Part shown: one piece after another, positions 33,936-37,034 of the stretch | Numbering within the stretch: position 1 is the stretch's first letter | Layout: each line of letters begins with the position of its first letter | IMG/VR virus record: IMGVR_UViG_3300044670_000659 | Location: 1-37,034 of that record | DNA length: 37,034 nucleotides | Origin: a virus | Taxonomy: Duplodnaviria; Caudoviricetes | Reading direction: 5' to 3' (one strand) | Translations under genes and position numbers: made by a program | The notes under the pieces: model-generated | Told to the model about the DNA's origin: nothing | Database searches by the model: none | What the model saw: the letters and a program-made list of their open reading frames with translations, nothing else

Positions 33936-36329
33936 CTATCGAGCCGGGACGGGGGCGACACCAGTGCCGCCAAAGGGGTGTTCTGCAAATGCCATGAAGA
34001 TATGCGTACCACTGCTGGTATTTATATTTCCATTTGAGGACCGAATTTTAAAACCGTTACTTACTATATCTATGTCATACGTTGAAGAAGTGTCTTCCGC
34101 AGAGGTTAGATTTGGAAACAACTGTAGCTTAGATGCGTTGTATGTATCTCGTGCAGTGTCGTAAACAAACCATGAGCCGGATGTAGAGCTTACTTTGATT
34201 AGCACAAAAGCAGGTCTGAAATCCGTAAAAATAAACGGACCATCTGTCGAGCCGTTGCCGGTGTAACTTCCGAACTTGCTAAAGCCCTCGACTTCGTGGA
34301 AGCAGTAGAAAATTGCTGGATTACCACTGGTCCATGATACGCCTGTGTTGATAACTGTGGACGTTGGCTCTGCTGTATAAACAGTCGCAACTGCTGCCTG
34401 TGCGGAGGTGTCGTTCAGCTTCATGCTGTAAGTGCCGCCGGATAACCCTTGATGCCAAACCCACCAGTTAAACACTTCGGACTGCATACGGCCTATTACC
34501 ATGTCGGGTGCTTGTAACAGTCCGTGACCAATCGTCCCTGATGCCATAGACGCAGCGCGGAGAATCGAGAACCCAGCCGTAGTATTGGCCGACACCGTGG
34601 ATGTAATGGAGCCTTCGCTGTTCGACACTGTGCCGTTAGCGGCTAACCATTGCCATGCTGCATATGTATAGCCTGTGGTGTTTGTTGCCCCGGCTGAAAG
34701 TTCTGAAGAGTCACCAAGGCTGAACCCATCACTGTCAAATGTAGTTACTGCATCTGTAGCTGTGCCTTCAGCATTAGTTAGATTTGAAGAAAGTTGCGAA
34801 TTAACTCCGCGAACTGCATCTGTAAGGACGTGTGAACTCGCGCGGTTTCGTTCTTTGATCCAAACAAAGTCAGGCTGAAATGTACTATTGCCAGACTGAT
34901 TAATCTCCTGTGTCGAACTATTTCCGCTATACAACGAAGTCTGGAAATACTTCGAGCCGTCAGTGATTGCAGGTCCGGGCAGGTTGGCGGTGGACAGGGC
35001 TTTGTATCCCGCACTAGGCGTACCCCACCAATCATCAGCTTCAAAATATGCAGTAACATTACGTGACGAGGTGTCGTGCAACGTAGCTGTAAATATACCC
35101 TCGCCGTCAAAATCAATGCCGTTGGCTGACGTAAGTTTACCACCTTGACTGGTTTTAGTTCCGCCGCTGGTTACGATAAAGTATTCGACTTCGTTGTTGG
35201 CAAAATCAACTTCAATACCGATACGGTTGGCCCCCGGCGCAGTCTGGCTATCGCTGGTAGAGTTGTAATAACGTGTCCCGTTATCGCTGTAAAAGCTGCC
35301 ACCGTAGTTACTAGCGTAGCTTTGAGCCAAGCCTCCGTCCCAATAGCTGCGAACTACACCGGGACCAGTAATTGATGACGAGCCGTTGTTTACAAGAAAC
35401 TCAGCGTAATGTTTTCCGGTGCTAGAAATCGTTGTACCGGTGTGGCTGGTTTGAGAACTCTGACCTGCGACGTAAAGATTACCATCTGCAAAGGTCGGCG
35501 TGTACGAGCCAGTGCGTCGGAAGAACAGCGGGTTCCATGTTGCATAATTAGCGGTCGGTGTATCGCCGCGTTGATCGTCGCTGGTCAGCCCTGACGAAGT
35601 AAAGTCGTTGGCGTTGCCTGAGTAATCTGCGCCGAGATCGGCACTGTCCTCGCCTGTAATGTAGAAGCCGTTGGTGCCGTAGGTGCCTTCGTAGGCTTTC
35701 GGAATCCATACGCCGTCGTCGTTGGTTTCACCGAAGTCAGTGGGGGCTAGGGCTTGGCCGTCGATCAAATAAATTTCTGCTTCGTATCCATCGTACAGTC
35801 CAGCACCACCGACTGCTGGTGCCTCATACGCAATGTAATAATCTGATGCCGTATCGTTGAAAGCTAGGTTGGAATTTAACGATGGGTTTCCTGAATATAG
35901 GAAAGATGTTTGAAGTTCGCTATTAATATACATTTTGATACGGTCGTCTGCTGTTGCCTGTGTTGTGTCCACGGCAATAACAACATGATACCATGCAGAA
36001 GGGTCACGAAATACTGAGTTAGTCCAACGCCAGTTTGTTGCGTATCCCGAAAAAGCCAACGTGTCGTCGTTATTGTTAAACAATAAACACGTTCGACCTG
36101 AATCCGAAGCAGAACCAGTCCACGCAGAAATTAAAGCACGGCTTCCAGAAAGAGTTAGATTTCCTCTTTTAAACCACAGAGAAATCGTAAATGTTTTTCT
36201 GTCTCCAGCCCCACTTGTGGTACGACTCAAATACGCTGAATCATTGTCGTTAAACCGGATCGACTGGTTGATGGTGTAACCATCACCCGCACCAGCAGCA
36301 CCTGCAAGAATGTCGTTTTGAAATACCAT
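33936..36329 (-). CDS. Tail fibre / receptor-binding protein with concanavalin/LamG-like domain
   Basis: FTISLWFKR...AWYHVVIAVD...MYIN (LamG-like), SPRY-like GKHYAE, PDFVWIK and FSKFGSYTGNG modules. Confidence 0.7.
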   Translation of the reverse strand: MVFQNDILAGAAGAGDGYTINQSIRFNDNDSAYLSRTTSGAGDRKTFTISLWFKRGNLTLSGSRALISAWTGSASDSGRTCLLFNNNDDTLAFSGYATNWRWTNSVFRDPSAWYHVVIAVDTTQATADDRIKMYINSELQTSFLYSGNPSLNSNLAFNDTASDYYIAYEAPAVGGAGLYDGYEAEIYLIDGQALAPTDFGETNDDGVWIPKAYEGTYGTNGFYITGEDSADLGADYSGNANDFTSSGLTSDDQRGDTPTANYATWNPLFFRRTGSYTPTFADGNLYVAGQSSQTSHTGTTISSTGKHYAEFLVNNGSSSITGPGVVRSYWDGGLAQSYASNYGGSFYSDNGTRYYNSTSDSQTAPGANRIGIEVDFANNEVEYFIVTSGGTKTSQGGKLTSANGIDFDGEGIFTATLHDTSSRNVTAYFEADDWWGTPSAGYKALSTANLPGPAITDGSKYFQTSLYSGNSSTQEINQSGNSTFQPDFVWIKERNRASSHVLTDAVRGVNSQLSSNLTNAEGTATDAVTTFDSDGFSLGDSSELSAGATNTTGYTYAAWQWLAANGTVSNSEGSITSTVSANTTAGFSILRAASMASGTIGHGLLQAPDMVIGRMQSEVFNWWVWHQGLSGGTYSMKLNDTSAQAAVATVYTAEPTSTVINTGVSWTSGNPAIFYCFHEVEGFSKFGSYTGNGSTDGPFIFTDFRPAFVLIKVSSTSGSWFVYDTARDTYNASKLQLFPNLTSAEDTSSTYDIDIVSNGFKIRSSNGNINTSSGTHIFMAFAEHPFGGTGVAPVPAR

Positions 36330-37034
36330 CTAGTTTGTCCAAGTGTTTCCGGAACTGGCAGTTACCGGAATCCATGAGTCTAGTGCCCCTGTTGATACCG
36401 TCGTCCATACATCATCAGGTCCGACAGGGACGACAATCCAGACAGGGTACTGTCCGAGTACTATATCAACAGATTGCCCAGTTGGAAACACGTTTGCCGT
36501 ACCGGTAATTGTCATAGTACCGTACTCGGTAGACAGGCTCTGTCCTGTTACAGCGGCAGTAGCATCTGCTGCAACCGTTGGTGTGCCCTCAACAATATCA
36601 ACTGACTGACCAGTTAAAGTGGTAAACGCTTCCCCAGAAATAACAATAGTTCCAGTATCAGCATCAACAGACTCCCCTGTCAGCGTAACTACAACTGACT
36701 GAAGAATTTGTACTGTTCCTTCATCGATGTCGAGAGACTGTCCCGTTAAAGGAACAGACGTATTTATAGCAACCGTTGGTGTGCCTTCAACAATATCAAC
36801 TGACTGACCAGTTAAAGTGGTAAACGCTTCCCCAGAAATAACAATAGTTCCAGTATCAGCATCAACAGATTGTCCGGTAAGAGTAACCGTATGATGTATG
36901 ACAATTAAAACTGTACCTTCATCAATGTCGAGAGACTGTCCGGTAAGAGGAACTACAGCTTCAGTAGTAACCGTAACTGTACCTTCATCGATGTCGAGAG
37001 ATTGTCCGGTAAGAGAAACATCTGCTGAAATATC
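36330..37034 (-). CDS. Partial repeat-rich structural (fibre-like) protein, 5'-truncated by the window edge
   Basis: Frame is open from 37034 to the stop at 36330; nine 22-aa repeats with a TG[QE]S core (e.g. LTGQSLDIDEGTV). Confidence 0.75.
   Translation of the reverse strand, partial: DISADVSLTGQSLDIDEGTVTVTTEAVVPLTGQSLDIDEGTVLIVIHHTVTLTGQSVDADTGTIVISGEAFTTLTGQSVDIVEGTPTVAINTSVPLTGQSLDIDEGTVQILQSVVVTLTGESVDADTGTIVISGEAFTTLTGQSVDIVEGTPTVAADATAAVTGQSLSTEYGTMTITGTANVFPTGQSVDIVLGQYPVWIVVPVGPDDVWTTVSTGALDSWIPVTASSGNTWTN
36571..36869. repeat. 101-bp direct repeat (36571-36671, 36769-36869), 1 mismatch, offset 198 bp
   Basis: Read directly; the offset equals three 66-bp repeat units. Confidence 0.85.

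Overview
Most of a dsDNA tailed-phage genome with a podovirus-like, two-armed layout. The + arm (518-22410) carries many small early genes, a T7-type replication module without an RNA polymerase (primase-helicase, PolA with Tyr at the 762 position, gp2.5-like SSB, Cas4-like exonuclease), nucleotide metabolism genes (DUF3310, ThyX, class II B12-dependent RNR), a glycosyltransferase/methyltransferase cluster and a holin-like gene. The - arm (22412-37034, running off the right edge) encodes internal-virion/ejection and tail proteins. Capsid, portal and terminase are not in the window. The gene set resembles marine alphaproteobacterial podophages (SIO1/cobavirus-like, by inference). The most striking signals are non-coding. 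(i) The ~300-bp leader before the first early gene (132-430) is built from three different 26-bp direct repeats. Each wraps a close match to a different alphaproteobacterial global-regulator site: Irr ICE box x2, LexA GAAC-N7-GAAC x3, RegA/RegR-like box x2. A Fur-like box and a tandem LysR-type pair lie in the same leader. (ii) A 13-bp palindrome TTTAGA-N-TCTAAA occurs 8 times (plus 2 near-copies), almost all in the early region, at gene junctions and clustered around a ParB-domain gene. All functional calls come from motifs recognised by eye; no database search was run.
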